Positions 19,509 through 29,013 of a DNA stretch of 64,000 nucleotides are shown one piece after another. Source of the DNA: Patescibacteria group bacterium (GTDB lineage: Bacteria; Patescibacteriota; Patescibacteriia; UBA9934; GWF2-40-263). The position numbers were made by a program, and so were the translations under genes. The stretch covers positions 5,924-69,923 of the forward strand of contig JBBTRQ010000011.1 of assembly GCA_038065075.1 (NCBI GenBank), read 5' to 3'. The notes beneath the pieces are model-generated. The model worked only from the letters and a program-made list of their open reading frames with translations, was not told the DNA's origin and ran no database searches. Within the stretch, counting starts at the first letter, position 1; the number at the start of each line of letters is the position of its first letter.

Positions 19509-20693
19509 CTATAAAAGCTGTGCGGTCAAAGCTGAAAATGCTTCGTCGATCAATTGTCCACGATGCAGTTGTTTTCCTCGGATTTTTGCCGAATTTTCTA
19601 CAAGCTCAACAAATTCAACCTGCTTATCTTTTGGAGGCACCAAAATATCCAAACCCGTCAGTGCATCGGTGTTAAGACTCTGAACAGTCGCTCCGGTTTT
19701 GATCAGTGTTAACAGATGTCTTTCTAAACCACGCAATTGCCAATACAGAAAAATCGGATTGATCTCTGCCGAAGGGATCAGAGCTTTGATATCTTGGTTA
19801 ATCGCCACTGGTCTAGCTGTGATCGCGATCGGTACCGTATGCTTCAAGATTCCACTGCGAGTAACCACCAATAATGAATTGGGAGGTATCAGATTTGTAG
19901 CTGATTCCGCAATTGCTTCTTGAGTTATGTGATCCTCAGTATCCTCAATAAACTCATCCCCCATGTCCTTCGGGGAGACCCATGGAATCACTCCGTTCCA
20001 AAATTTTCCCATTTGTTTCGAAGGTGTACCCCCACCCTTAACGGTTACCACGTCGCTCAATTTTTTTGTCAAAAAGTTTTGGTCAATTGAGTTACCAAAC
20101 ATTTGGTCAAACAATGCAGGAGCGAAGTCAGACAAAATTTTGTATGCGCTATCACGTTTTGTTTTCAATTCCAGTACCTGATCCAAAGTCGACACAATTT
20201 GCTTCTGTGTCTTCAAAGGAGGAACGGGAATTAACAACTTTCCGTAACGCCGTGTCTCTAGATTTCTAATTCCTGACGTCTGTCTCTGAAGGGAGTTGGT
20301 AACGCCTTTCATATACAGATTCTGGAGGCAGTGCCAGAGGAATCGCGGATCAATCATCCCTGCGTCTTTTACTCGAATCCGAGCAGTAAAGTTACTATAG
20401 GTATACCCAGGTTTGTCCAATTGAAAGAGCGCAACTCGACCCACAGGTTGTTTGGGCCCACCACCAGATTTTTCTAAAATAATATCACCGGGCTTTAGCT
20501 CCCTTGTAGAAAACTGTCGATCTTCAACGAGATGCTCTGCCACATCATCAAAATCCAAATGACCACCCGCTTTAAAATTTGTATTACGGATAATTCTCGC
20601 CTGACGCATCGTTCCTGATTTACCAATCCAAAGACCACCCGTTATGTCACATAGTTCATCCAGATTTTTTTCGATATACGGTGAACCATGCAT
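19509..20693 (-). CDS. hsdS: Type I RM specificity subunit
   Basis: Two TRDs; IPVPPLKTQKQIV and ILVPPKDKQVEF conserved helices; GGGTPSK. Confidence 0.9.
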   Translation of the reverse strand: MHGSPYIEKNLDELCDITGGLWIGKSGTMRQARIIRNTNFKAGGHLDFDDVAEHLVEDRQFSTRELKPGDIILEKSGGGPKQPVGRVALFQLDKPGYTYSNFTARIRVKDAGMIDPRFLWHCLQNLYMKGVTNSLQRQTSGIRNLETRRYGKLLIPVPPLKTQKQIVSTLDQVLELKTKRDSAYKILSDFAPALFDQMFGNSIDQNFLTKKLSDVVTVKGGGTPSKQMGKFWNGVIPWVSPKDMGDEFIEDTEDHITQEAIAESATNLIPPNSLLVVTRSGILKHTVPIAITARPVAINQDIKALIPSAEINPIFLYWQLRGLERHLLTLIKTGATVQSLNTDALTGLDILVPPKDKQVEFVELVENSAKIRGKQLHRGQLIDEAFSALTAQLL

Positions 20694-20694
20694 A

Positions 20695-22170
20695 TCAAAC
20701 CTGTTTTAGGAGATTCTCGACTTCCGATACGATTTCCTTCTCAAGCTTAACGACCTCTCGCAAAATTTCCTTTGGATCACGGTGATCGATGGCTGTTGTT
20801 TCTATGGTTCGATAGCGACCAATAGCCAAACTTAAATCAGAATCCTTTTTAATGGTTTCTGCACTGATCAGGAAACTATTTACACTGGATTTGCGTTCCG
20901 GCCATGCCGCAAGCACATCCGGAATATTGTTTTTATTGATGGGTTGTCGTCGATCATCTAAGGTGTAACCATCGGCTTTGAGGTCGTAAAACCAAACGTC
21001 CTGTGTCGCACCACCCTTCTTGAAAATCAAAACACCCGTTGCGACACCGGAGTATGGCTTGAACACTCCTGGTGGCAAATTAATCACAGCCTGAAGTTCG
21101 CAAGTGTCGAGCAAAAGTTCGCGAATTTTTCTGGCAGCACGGTTTGTTGCAAAAAGCACACCATTCGGAACAATCACAGCTGCCCGACCGCCGCCCGTAA
21201 GGTGGTCAATAAACCACTTACAAAACAAGAGCTCTGTGCTAGTGGTGAGCAAGTTGATGTCTGCAAGGATGCTTTCTTGCTGGATTGATCCAGCGAAAGG
21301 AGGATTCGCAAGAATCACATCGTAGCGGTCGCTATAGTGACGAGGATCAGTGAGCGGGTTATAAAAAAGGATTCGTGCCTTCTCAAGCTGGTGCAGGTAA
21401 AGGTTCATGATTGCGACTTTCACCATGTTCGCGTCGTTGTCGAAGCCGGTGAACGCCTGCTCCTCGAGGAATTTCCATTGGGCAGTTGATAGCTCATCAC
21501 CTGTGTTTTGACCCTTGGTCTGCGAGCCTTTTGAGGTATGCGTACGCTTGATGTGATCGAAAGCGGCAATCAAAAATCCACCCGTACCACAAGCTGGATC
21601 ACAGATGCGTTCACCCGGCTGAGGGGCTACCATTTCCACCATCATCGCGATGATGTGTCGCGCTGTGCGGAACTGACCGGCGTTACCCTGCATTGAAAGG
21701 TTGCTGAGCAGGTACTCATATGCGTCTCCCTTGATATCGATTCCTTGAAGCGGCTTGAGTTCCATCGAATGAATCGTCTGGATGACGGCACGGAGCGTTG
21801 GGCGATCGTAGATTTTTAGGGTCGCGCGTGCGAACAGAAGTTTTCCTGTCTCGGATAGGTTCGGAAGCTCGTGGATATTCTCAATCGCGGCGCGGGCGGC
21901 ATCAAAAAGGGCGTCACCGGTTAGGGTGACGAAATTGCCCCAGCCGTACTTCGACCACTCGCCTGAAAAAATCGGCTTGTAGTTCTTGTCGAGACGAGCA
22001 AGTTGCTCGTCTCGTTCGGAAAGGATTCGCAAGAACAACAGATAAGAAATCTGCTCGATCGCATCAATCGGATTATTGACCCCTCCTGAGTAAAGTGAGT
22101 CCATCAGCTGGTCGATCTTTGACTTGAGATCGGAGGAAGTAAAAAGCTCTTGGGAACGCATTGATACCAT
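20695..22170 (-). CDS. hsdM: Type I RM methyltransferase subunit
   Basis: GDAYEYLL, AGQFRT, DPACGTGGFL, LANPPF. Confidence 0.95.
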   Translation of the reverse strand: MVSMRSQELFTSSDLKSKIDQLMDSLYSGGVNNPIDAIEQISYLLFLRILSERDEQLARLDKNYKPIFSGEWSKYGWGNFVTLTGDALFDAARAAIENIHELPNLSETGKLLFARATLKIYDRPTLRAVIQTIHSMELKPLQGIDIKGDAYEYLLSNLSMQGNAGQFRTARHIIAMMVEMVAPQPGERICDPACGTGGFLIAAFDHIKRTHTSKGSQTKGQNTGDELSTAQWKFLEEQAFTGFDNDANMVKVAIMNLYLHQLEKARILFYNPLTDPRHYSDRYDVILANPPFAGSIQQESILADINLLTTSTELLFCKWFIDHLTGGGRAAVIVPNGVLFATNRAARKIRELLLDTCELQAVINLPPGVFKPYSGVATGVLIFKKGGATQDVWFYDLKADGYTLDDRRQPINKNNIPDVLAAWPERKSSVNSFLISAETIKKDSDLSLAIGRYRTIETTAIDHRDPKEILREVVKLEKEIVSEVENLLKQV

Positions 22171-22176
22171 AGAATT

Positions 22177-24579
22177 TTAAAGCTCAGCCAGATCCGCTTG
22201 GCGAACGATTGGGGTAAGACGCAGGGCATCGAATACTTCATCACGTTCGTTGAATGCGAGCAGACCTTCAAGTCCGCCGAGGGCGTTGAATTGACTGGTG
22301 TTAAAAATGGTCATGTCCTTTGCGAAGAAGCGTCGGCGAGCATCCTTATCTTCCACCAACATCTTCACAATAGCGTCCACCCAGCGCTGATCGTTAAACC
22401 GCAGATTGAACTGCGATGCGATAGTTTCGACAGTATCCTCGACAATCCGCGCCTTCGTTGGGATCGGCTTTTTCCCAAGGGGACCGTAGACGAAGGTCGG
22501 CACCGGGGCTGGGATACCGTAAGCCTGTACAAGTTTGCCAGGGGTGTAGAACATTTTCGGTCGGTTGAAAAACCGTTCCCCCATAATGGTTTCAATAGCG
22601 TCATCGTCCTCGTCATCAACTGCGTTTTTGAATTCTCCATCCTTTTTGTATAGATCCTTTATGTCTTTTTCGTATGAGCCGCGGAATGTCATAACATCGA
22701 CCTTTTCGCCGTCGGGTCCGACGATTTTAATCTCGGTGGTTTGGACAATATCGGTGCCAGTCCAGACAGGAATCTCTGGCTTGAGATGGCCTCCAGCCGC
22801 CGGTTCAGCTACAGTTACACCTTCTCCAGTAGGCAGAGCCTCGGACTTGGAGCCTTTCTTTCCTTTTGCAGGTTTTACCTCTCGCGGTACCACCAGCGGA
22901 ACGGTATAGTCATATTTTTCTTGGAAATACTCGGCTACGCCGCAAAAATCCAAAATCAGGAAATTTTCCTTCTTGTATGCCGTGTTGCCAACTTTAAACG
23001 TATGAAGACGCGTCCCGCGTCCTTTGATCTGGATGTACTCAGTCGGGGAAAAGATCGGGCGAGCAAGGACGATATTGAGAATGTCCGTGCAGTTATACCC
23101 AGTCGAAAGCATGTCGACGGAAACAGCAACGCGCTCATTGCGTTTCCCATCACGGAAATCTTTTGCGATTGCCGCTGCATCTTGGATGCGGGAAGTGATG
23201 GTGAGTGCAACCTCGGGCTGGATGGCGTTCAGCATCTTTGTCAGAGTCGTTGCATGGGTTTGGTTCACAGCAAAAATAATGGTTCTGCCGATTTGACCAT
23301 CGGGAGCACGAAGCGCATTTTTGAAAAACTGCTCGCAGATAATTTTGTTACGCTCGGGAGTGAAGATTTTCCGCTCAAGATCGCGAATCTTGTAGCTCTC
23401 TTCCTGCTCGTTGACCGTGACAGTCCATCCGCCTTCCTCGAGCGCCTTGGTAGTGATTTCAGAACGGATATCCCAAATTTTAGGCAGGCAAAGGAATGGA
23501 CCCTCGGGATCCTTTACCGCATCGACGATGTCATATCGGAACGTCGGCAACCCAGGCTTACAGCCGAAATAGTGATACGTGTCCCGTAGTTGGCGAGCTT
23601 CAAGAGCTTTGGGATTCTCCTCCTCAAGTTGAGTGAGATCGACATTTTTTAAATATGCCTTCGGGGTTGCCGTTAGACCAACACGTGTGGCCTGGAAATA
23701 CTGAAGGACTTCACGCGCGTCACCGTAGATAGAACGATGCGCTTCATCGTTAACCACAAGGTCAAAGTGATACGGTGTAAATGCCTCACGGTAACGCCTA
23801 TCAACTAAAAGCGACTGAATGGTGGCGATCACAACGCTCGAAGCCATGAGCTCAGCAGGCTTGTGACGTGCAGTTTTAAAAATGACCGGCTTGTAATCGC
23901 GCAGGATAAATTCGAATGTCTCCAGCGTTTGCTTGGCAAGCTCAATTCGGTCAACGACAAAAAGCACGCGCTCGGCGTTACGTGTCATGAGGAAACGCCG
24001 GATCATCGCAGCACACATAAGTGTTTTCCCAGTACCCGTCGCCATTTCCAAAAGGAATTTCCTTCGGCCGGATTCATCGAACTGTTTGGCAACTTCGTCG
24101 AGTGCACGAATTTGGTAGCCGCGAACCTTAAGTGCCGGATCGATACCAGCAAGCGAATTTGGAGTGAGTCTTTCAGTAAGCAACGGTCTTGGTGGTTGAA
24201 GGTTTTTTAATTTCAACCGTTCAAGATCGGCTCGGGATGGAAGTGATTCGATGCGATATGCATCTTCCTGATTCTTGCGCGTGAAATTCCAAAAATAATG
24301 AACCGTCCCATTTGAGAGGATGACAAATGGCGCTTTTAAATTATCGGCATACCCACGCGCCTGATCCTTTGCATCGTATGGATCAAGATCTTCGCGCTTC
24401 GCTTCAAGGATGCAAAGCGGAAAGCCGCGATCATCTTTCAGAATGTAGTCAGAGCGCCCGGTCGTTGAGGAAACTTCCAATGTGACCTGTTGCGTATCGA
24501 GCAGATTCCAGCCGCTCCCTTCAAGTGCCTTATCGATTAAGATGCGGGAAAAAGCTTCGGGTTGTCCTTTTGCGACCAT
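22177..24579 (-). CDS. hsdR: Type I RM restriction subunit (~800 aa, EcoAI/type IB-like size)
   Basis: DY...EAKR nuclease motif, MATGTGKT, DEAHRS, GLTATP, MLSTGYN, QIKGRGTR. Confidence 0.92.
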   Translation of the reverse strand: MVAKGQPEAFSRILIDKALEGSGWNLLDTQQVTLEVSSTTGRSDYILKDDRGFPLCILEAKREDLDPYDAKDQARGYADNLKAPFVILSNGTVHYFWNFTRKNQEDAYRIESLPSRADLERLKLKNLQPPRPLLTERLTPNSLAGIDPALKVRGYQIRALDEVAKQFDESGRRKFLLEMATGTGKTLMCAAMIRRFLMTRNAERVLFVVDRIELAKQTLETFEFILRDYKPVIFKTARHKPAELMASSVVIATIQSLLVDRRYREAFTPYHFDLVVNDEAHRSIYGDAREVLQYFQATRVGLTATPKAYLKNVDLTQLEEENPKALEARQLRDTYHYFGCKPGLPTFRYDIVDAVKDPEGPFLCLPKIWDIRSEITTKALEEGGWTVTVNEQEESYKIRDLERKIFTPERNKIICEQFFKNALRAPDGQIGRTIIFAVNQTHATTLTKMLNAIQPEVALTITSRIQDAAAIAKDFRDGKRNERVAVSVDMLSTGYNCTDILNIVLARPIFSPTEYIQIKGRGTRLHTFKVGNTAYKKENFLILDFCGVAEYFQEKYDYTVPLVVPREVKPAKGKKGSKSEALPTGEGVTVAEPAAGGHLKPEIPVWTGTDIVQTTEIKIVGPDGEKVDVMTFRGSYEKDIKDLYKKDGEFKNAVDDEDDDAIETIMGERFFNRPKMFYTPGKLVQAYGIPAPVPTFVYGPLGKKPIPTKARIVEDTVETIASQFNLRFNDQRWVDAIVKMLVEDKDARRRFFAKDMTIFNTSQFNALGGLEGLLAFNERDEVFDALRLTPIVRQADLAEL

Positions 24580-24668
24580 ATGTCCGAATTATGCCTGAAA
24601 AGAGCCTTATCTGCAATGAGTTTTTGTCCCTTTTGTTACCTACAAGTAGGGCTAGGCACCCAGGACAG

Positions 24669-24694
24669 ATGTGGCATTAATGTCCATGCCACAT
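24669..24694. promoter_or_regulatory. 9-bp inverted repeat between hsdR and recombinase
   Basis: ATGTGGCAT-N8-ATGCCACAT immediately upstream of the recombinase start. Confidence 0.4.
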
Positions 24695-24705
24695 AACGGC
24701 CATTT

Positions 24706-26037
24706 ATGAACAATCCAGCCCAACAAGCAGTACCAGTGCCACAGCCGATCCGCTACTGCCTTTACTCACGCAAGAGCACCGAGCAAGACGAGCAACAATC
24801 CCTCTCGATTGAATCCCAAGTGAAAGAAATGCTCGCGGCGGCGGAGCGGGACGGGCTTTTGGTAACGGAGATCCGGCGCGAGAGTCACTCGGCTAAGGCG
24901 TCTGGCCAGCGACCCGAGTTTAACCGGCTCATCGATGATATACGCCTTCAACGGTTTGACGGCATCCTTGCCTGGGCGCCAGACCGCTTGAGCCGTAACG
25001 CGGGAGACCTGGGAACCATCGTGGACTTAATGGATCAAGGTGTTATCCGCGAAATTCGCACCAATGGATCCCGGTTCACGAATTCGCCGAGCGATAAGTT
25101 CATGCTCATGATGCTCTGCAGCCAGGCCAAGCTAGAAAACGATAACAAGAGCATCAACATCAAGCGCGGGCTCAAGGCGAAAGTCGAAATGGGCTATCGG
25201 CCTAACATGGCTCCGATGGGGTACTTGCATGACAAGAATGCTGACAAGGGTACGAAGCGGATTTACATCGATCCCGAACGCGCGCCGGGCATCCGTGAGA
25301 TGTTTGAAAAAGTCGGATATCGATTCTGGTCAGGGCGACAGGTTAAACGATGGCTTGATAACGATGCAATGTTCAGGTCACGAACGGGTAGAAAGGTTGC
25401 GTTGAGTAGTATCTACATGATGCTTTCAAATCCATTTTACACCGGCCGATACGAATTCCCGATGAAGAGCGGGAAGTGGTACAAGGGCAAGCATGACGCG
25501 ATCATCTCACAAGAGCTATTCGATCGGGTGCAGGAGAACCTCAGTGTGATCCCCAAAGGTACACATGGATCAAAGGAGTTCTCGTTCACCAGATTGTTCT
25601 CCTGTGGCGCGTGCGGAGCCGGCATTACGGCCGAGGAGAAGGTGAAGCGGCTCAAGGACGGTACGGTCAAACGGTATGTGTACTATCATTGCACAAAACA
25701 GGTCGATAGGAATTGCCGTGAGTCGTTCCTGCGTGAGGAGTCTCTCATCGAGCAGCTGCTGAAGATCGTCGATAAGCTTAGCATCGATGAACTTGGGATG
25801 GCCGAGATCGTAAAAGCAGAGATGGAAAAATTTCAACGGCTCCTTGTGGTCGTGTCCAAGCTGGATTCGAACCAGCAAAACATCATGGTTCTTCCGAAAC
25901 TGGACGTACGAGCCTGCGCGAAACTGATCCTTCAGGACGGATCAAAAGAAGACAAGCGGAAACTGCTCGAGCAACTCAAGAGCCGCATCATCCTGAAGGG
26001 GGGCAAGCTGAGTATAGAAAAGAAGAGAAAAACCTAA
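24706..26037 (+). CDS. Large serine recombinase (resolvase + recombinase + Zn-ribbon)
   Basis: YSRKSTE catalytic Ser, SAK..QRPEF, DRLSRN, NPFYTG, HDAIISQELF, CGACG...YYHC. Confidence 0.95.
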   Translation: MNNPAQQAVPVPQPIRYCLYSRKSTEQDEQQSLSIESQVKEMLAAAERDGLLVTEIRRESHSAKASGQRPEFNRLIDDIRLQRFDGILAWAPDRLSRNAGDLGTIVDLMDQGVIREIRTNGSRFTNSPSDKFMLMMLCSQAKLENDNKSINIKRGLKAKVEMGYRPNMAPMGYLHDKNADKGTKRIYIDPERAPGIREMFEKVGYRFWSGRQVKRWLDNDAMFRSRTGRKVALSSIYMMLSNPFYTGRYEFPMKSGKWYKGKHDAIISQELFDRVQENLSVIPKGTHGSKEFSFTRLFSCGACGAGITAEEKVKRLKDGTVKRYVYYHCTKQVDRNCRESFLREESLIEQLLKIVDKLSIDELGMAEIVKAEMEKFQRLLVVVSKLDSNQQNIMVLPKLDVRACAKLILQDGSKEDKRKLLEQLKSRIILKGGKLSIEKKRKT

Positions 26038-26050
26038 GGGTCGCCAAATC

Positions 26051-26084
26051 GAAAACCCGCATTCCATGAGGAGTACGGGTTTTC
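26051..26084 (+). terminator. Stem-loop after recombinase
   Basis: GAAAACCCG...CGGGTTTTC. Confidence 0.5.
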
Positions 26085-26124
26085 TTGGTCACCCCCTGTT
26101 CCGGTCGCCAGGAACAGGTCGTGA

Positions 26125-26436
26125 TGGTTCTGGAGCAAGAGATTCGAACCGAATCTCGACCATCTGTCACAGATCGTCGGTCTCCTGCAGGCAGCCTTGC
26201 TGGACCTCGACCAGGCGCTCGCGCCGTTTCGGATCCGCATCGCGCGTGTCGAGGCGCGTCGGGACCACGTCCCGCTGTGGAACTTCAGCGGTCAGTTGAC
26301 CCAGCTGGTCGTCGAGGGCTTCCACAACGGCCACTACTTCCACACCTTCCCCGGCGGGAGGATCGACGACAACCTCGCAGAGATGGAGATGGCGGAGTTC
26401 AACCGCCTGGTCATCCACTGCGAGGCCGTCAGGTAG
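26125..26436 (+). pseudogene. Probable 3' remnant of the disrupted gene (or a small hypothetical CDS)
   Basis: Open frame 26125-26436 with strong GC3 bias and no convincing start; followed by a terminator. Confidence 0.4.
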
Positions 26437-26455
26437 CCTTCCGTCCGCTCAACGC

Positions 26456-26481
26456 GCTCTAGCCACCCGGCTGGAGCTTTT
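26456..26481 (+). terminator. Intrinsic terminator
   Basis: GCTCTAGCC-ACCC-GGCTGGAGC-TTTT. Confidence 0.65.
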
Positions 26482-26531
26482 CATTTTGGCTAAATTTAGC
26501 CCATAGATGCCCACTCAGTGGGTTTCACCGA

Positions 26532-26560
26532 TTGACAAAAGCGCTATTTTCTGGTATCTT
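26532..26560 (+). promoter_or_regulatory. Sigma70-type promoter
   Basis: TTGACA-N17-TATCTT upstream of 26595. Confidence 0.65.
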
Positions 26561-26594
26561 TTTACGTTAAATTAGCAAAAACTATTTAATCTCT

Positions 26595-28286
26595 ATGCTT
26601 AAGAAACTACTTATCTTGGCCGTTGCGGTTGCCATAGGTGTGAGTCCTCTGCTTCCCCGTGTCTTTGCTGACTCGGGATCTTGGACAAACACCGTTGCCA
26701 GCGCGGCTTGGGACTACGATTTTTACCGCGTTGAGCGCCTGGCGCTTGATGAGGTTTCGGGTCCTTATGACTTTAACGACGCCGTCTTCGTAACCTCCAC
26801 GTCAGGATTGGAGACCGTTGACATGACCATCTTCCAGGATGGAGAAGCCTTCGAGATTGAAGGTGTCGACGAGCGCGTCAGCTCTGCCTTCTGGCACACC
26901 GCGCAGGACGGCCGTTTCATCTACCTCGTCCCGTCTGACGACGGTGAGATTTGGGGCACGGTTTACGAGTATGACTCCACGACCGGAACCTCCACCGTGC
27001 TCACGCAGATTGAACAGACACCAGACGATCTTGATTTCATGACGTTCGCCACCGATGGCGACCGCGTCTACTTTGGTACCATCCACTCGGATGAGGATAC
27101 CGGAAAGATCGAGTCCGAACTCTCTGTCCACGATTACGACTCCACCTATGGCCGCGATGACTTTTCTTATACGCTCACCGCGCCTTGGCAGGAGATCGTC
27201 GATGTCCAAGATGGACTTGCACTCGTGAAGTTCCAGTTCTCCGGTGGCTTTGAACAGCTCTGGCTTATCGACCAGACGGCCCGTTCTATGGAAGCCATTC
27301 CAGACACCTGGACGGAAGATCCGGGCGAGATTGTCGGCGCGCATTTTGTGAGCGATGGATCAGTCCGCTACTTCCGCAACTTCCGACTCTTTAGCTACAA
27401 CCCAGAAACCGACACAACCCCGACAGACGCCGGTGGCGCGTATCTCTCCTGGTTTGATGAGGTTGGCGATGCCGTGCAGATTGTCGGCGACCGCATGGCC
27501 TATATCGACGATGAGGACGGCCTCTACGTGTCTAGCGTCGACGGCGTGAGCAAGTTCGGTGTTGCAAAAAATGGTTTGTTCAACCTCGACGAGGATGCGA
27601 TCTACTTCCAAAATCTCGACGGCGAGTATGTGGGTTATCATTTCTCGACCCGAGAATGGGAGACACTCAGCTTCCTCGTGACCGATACGTATGAGGATAT
27701 CCGTGTCGGGATAGACACAGACGACAACGTCTGGTACCAGAACCTCACGACCGGACACCTCTTGAACGTCGGTTTCGGTAATGAGCCCGTGGTCCTCTCC
27801 GACCGTGAACATGCCTATTGGCAGGGCGCGGACGGCAACATCTATGAGGTGACGTTCTCGCCTTTGCTCGATCTCGCTCGCGAGGATGTGGAAGCGTTTA
27901 GCTCCTACACCTCCGACGGGATCTACCTCGTGGCGGACGGCAACATGTGGCTCATCCCTGACCCGACCGTCTACTTCACTTGGTTTGATTCATGGGATGA
28001 TACCCTTGAGGTCAGCCAGGCGACGATCAATGTCTATCTTGAGACGTACGAGTACAAGGGCGATCTCAAACTCGCCGCGGGAACGCGCGTGAAGTCTGAT
28101 GTGTCCAACAAGGTCTATGTCGTGGGCTCTGACGAGAAGCTTCACTGGATCACCACAGAGACGGTCGCCGATGAGGTCTACGGCTCCGATTGGAACCAAG
28201 GGATCATCGAAGTGACCAGCACCTACCTCTGGAAATACGCCACCGGTTCGAGCATCGCTTCGACCGACGACGTCCGAAGTATCTAA
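26595..28286 (+). CDS. Secreted acidic surface protein, paralog of 9583-11238
   Basis: Signal peptide; D/E-rich; HAYWQGADGNIY, IPDPTVYFTWFDSW, KVYVV, YGSDW shared motifs. Confidence 0.8.
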   Translation: MLKKLLILAVAVAIGVSPLLPRVFADSGSWTNTVASAAWDYDFYRVERLALDEVSGPYDFNDAVFVTSTSGLETVDMTIFQDGEAFEIEGVDERVSSAFWHTAQDGRFIYLVPSDDGEIWGTVYEYDSTTGTSTVLTQIEQTPDDLDFMTFATDGDRVYFGTIHSDEDTGKIESELSVHDYDSTYGRDDFSYTLTAPWQEIVDVQDGLALVKFQFSGGFEQLWLIDQTARSMEAIPDTWTEDPGEIVGAHFVSDGSVRYFRNFRLFSYNPETDTTPTDAGGAYLSWFDEVGDAVQIVGDRMAYIDDEDGLYVSSVDGVSKFGVAKNGLFNLDEDAIYFQNLDGEYVGYHFSTREWETLSFLVTDTYEDIRVGIDTDDNVWYQNLTTGHLLNVGFGNEPVVLSDREHAYWQGADGNIYEVTFSPLLDLAREDVEAFSSYTSDGIYLVADGNMWLIPDPTVYFTWFDSWDDTLEVSQATINVYLETYEYKGDLKLAAGTRVKSDVSNKVYVVGSDEKLHWITTETVADEVYGSDWNQGIIEVTSTYLWKYATGSSIASTDDVRSI

Positions 28287-28293
28287 AATAATC

Positions 28294-28375
28294 CTCGTCA
28301 TTGCGAGGGAGGCACCAGCCGACCGAAGCAATCCTGCAAAGATTGCTTCGTCGCTTCGCTCCTCGCAATGACGAG
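28294..28375. repeat. Palindromic REP/RPE-like element
   Basis: CTCGTCATTGCGAGG...GAAGCAATC-ctgcaaa-GATTGCTTC...CCTCGCAATGACGAG. Confidence 0.8.
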
Positions 28376-28451
28376 TGTCAAACACAGCCTCTGGAGCCCG
28401 TGTAAGCGGGCTTTAGGGATCCGTGTTGGAGCCATCTACTCCAGAAATCAC

Positions 28452-28482
28452 AAAACCGGCCTTGAGAGCCGGTGTTGTTTTT
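28452..28482. terminator. Bidirectional terminator at rplS 3' end
   Basis: AAAACCGGC-CTTGAGA-GCCGGTGTTGTTTTT. Confidence 0.6.
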
Positions 28483-28917
28483 TTACTTCTTTTTCTTTTC
28501 CATTCCCAGTTCCGTGTAGGTCTCTTTGAGCTTGCGCTTGAAGCCGAGCTTGAGATCCTTGAGGAAGCCGAGTTTGGCTTGGCGGACCTTGGCCGTCTTC
28601 ACCAGTTCGATCTTGGCAATGACCGGCGAGTTAATCGGGTAGATCTTCTCGACACCGACTCCATCGCTCACTTTGTGGATGGTGATCGTGCGGGAGATGC
28701 CCTTGCCACCCAAGGCGAGGATCATGCCCTCAAACACCTGGATGCGCTCGCGCTCTTCGCCTTTTGGTGAGACGTCCTTGATGCGCTCGTGGAGTCGCAC
28801 GGTCTGGCCGGCCTGGAGTTCCTTCATGCCGATGAGCTTGGAGGGAGTCTCTTTGACTGCAACGGTTGTGGTCTCTTCGACCGGAGCCTCCTGGGGTTGT
28901 ACCTGTTCTTCTGACAT
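28483..28917 (-). CDS. rplS: 50S ribosomal protein L19
   Basis: GQTVRLH...ERIQVFEG...TITIHKVSDGVGVEKIYPINSP...VRQAKL. Confidence 0.95.
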   Translation of the reverse strand: MSEEQVQPQEAPVEETTTVAVKETPSKLIGMKELQAGQTVRLHERIKDVSPKGEERERIQVFEGMILALGGKGISRTITIHKVSDGVGVEKIYPINSPVIAKIELVKTAKVRQAKLGFLKDLKLGFKRKLKETYTELGMEKKKK

Positions 28918-28960
28918 AGTTGTTGTTTACGTCACCGTCTAGCGGACCACATCGTGCGAT

Positions 28961-29013
28961 GGTAGCCCCGGGCTTCAGCCCGGGTGCAGCCCAGGCTAAA
29001 GCCTGGGTCTACC
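28961..29013. repeat. GTAG-type REP doublet (REPIN-like) in rplS leader
   Basis: GGTAG-CCCCGGGC-TTCA-GCCCGGG...CCCAGGC-TAAA-GCCTGGG-TCTACC. Confidence 0.75.

Larger units (their letters stand above)
11552..26108. mobile_element. ~14.5 kb integrated serine-recombinase element with terminase genes and defence cargo
   Basis: Recombinase at right end; imperfect direct repeat CCCTG[C/T]TCCGGTCGC at 11552-11566 and 26094-26108; AT-richer cargo; flanked by paralogous host genes. Confidence 0.75.

Noticed and set aside
11552-26108. Complete prophage
   Set aside because: No portal, capsid, tail, lysis or replication genes between the boundaries.
26122-26124. TGA recoding (genetic code 25) to rescue the split gene
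   Set aside because: uvrA, gmk and others terminate at TGA at their expected lengths, so code 11 applies.
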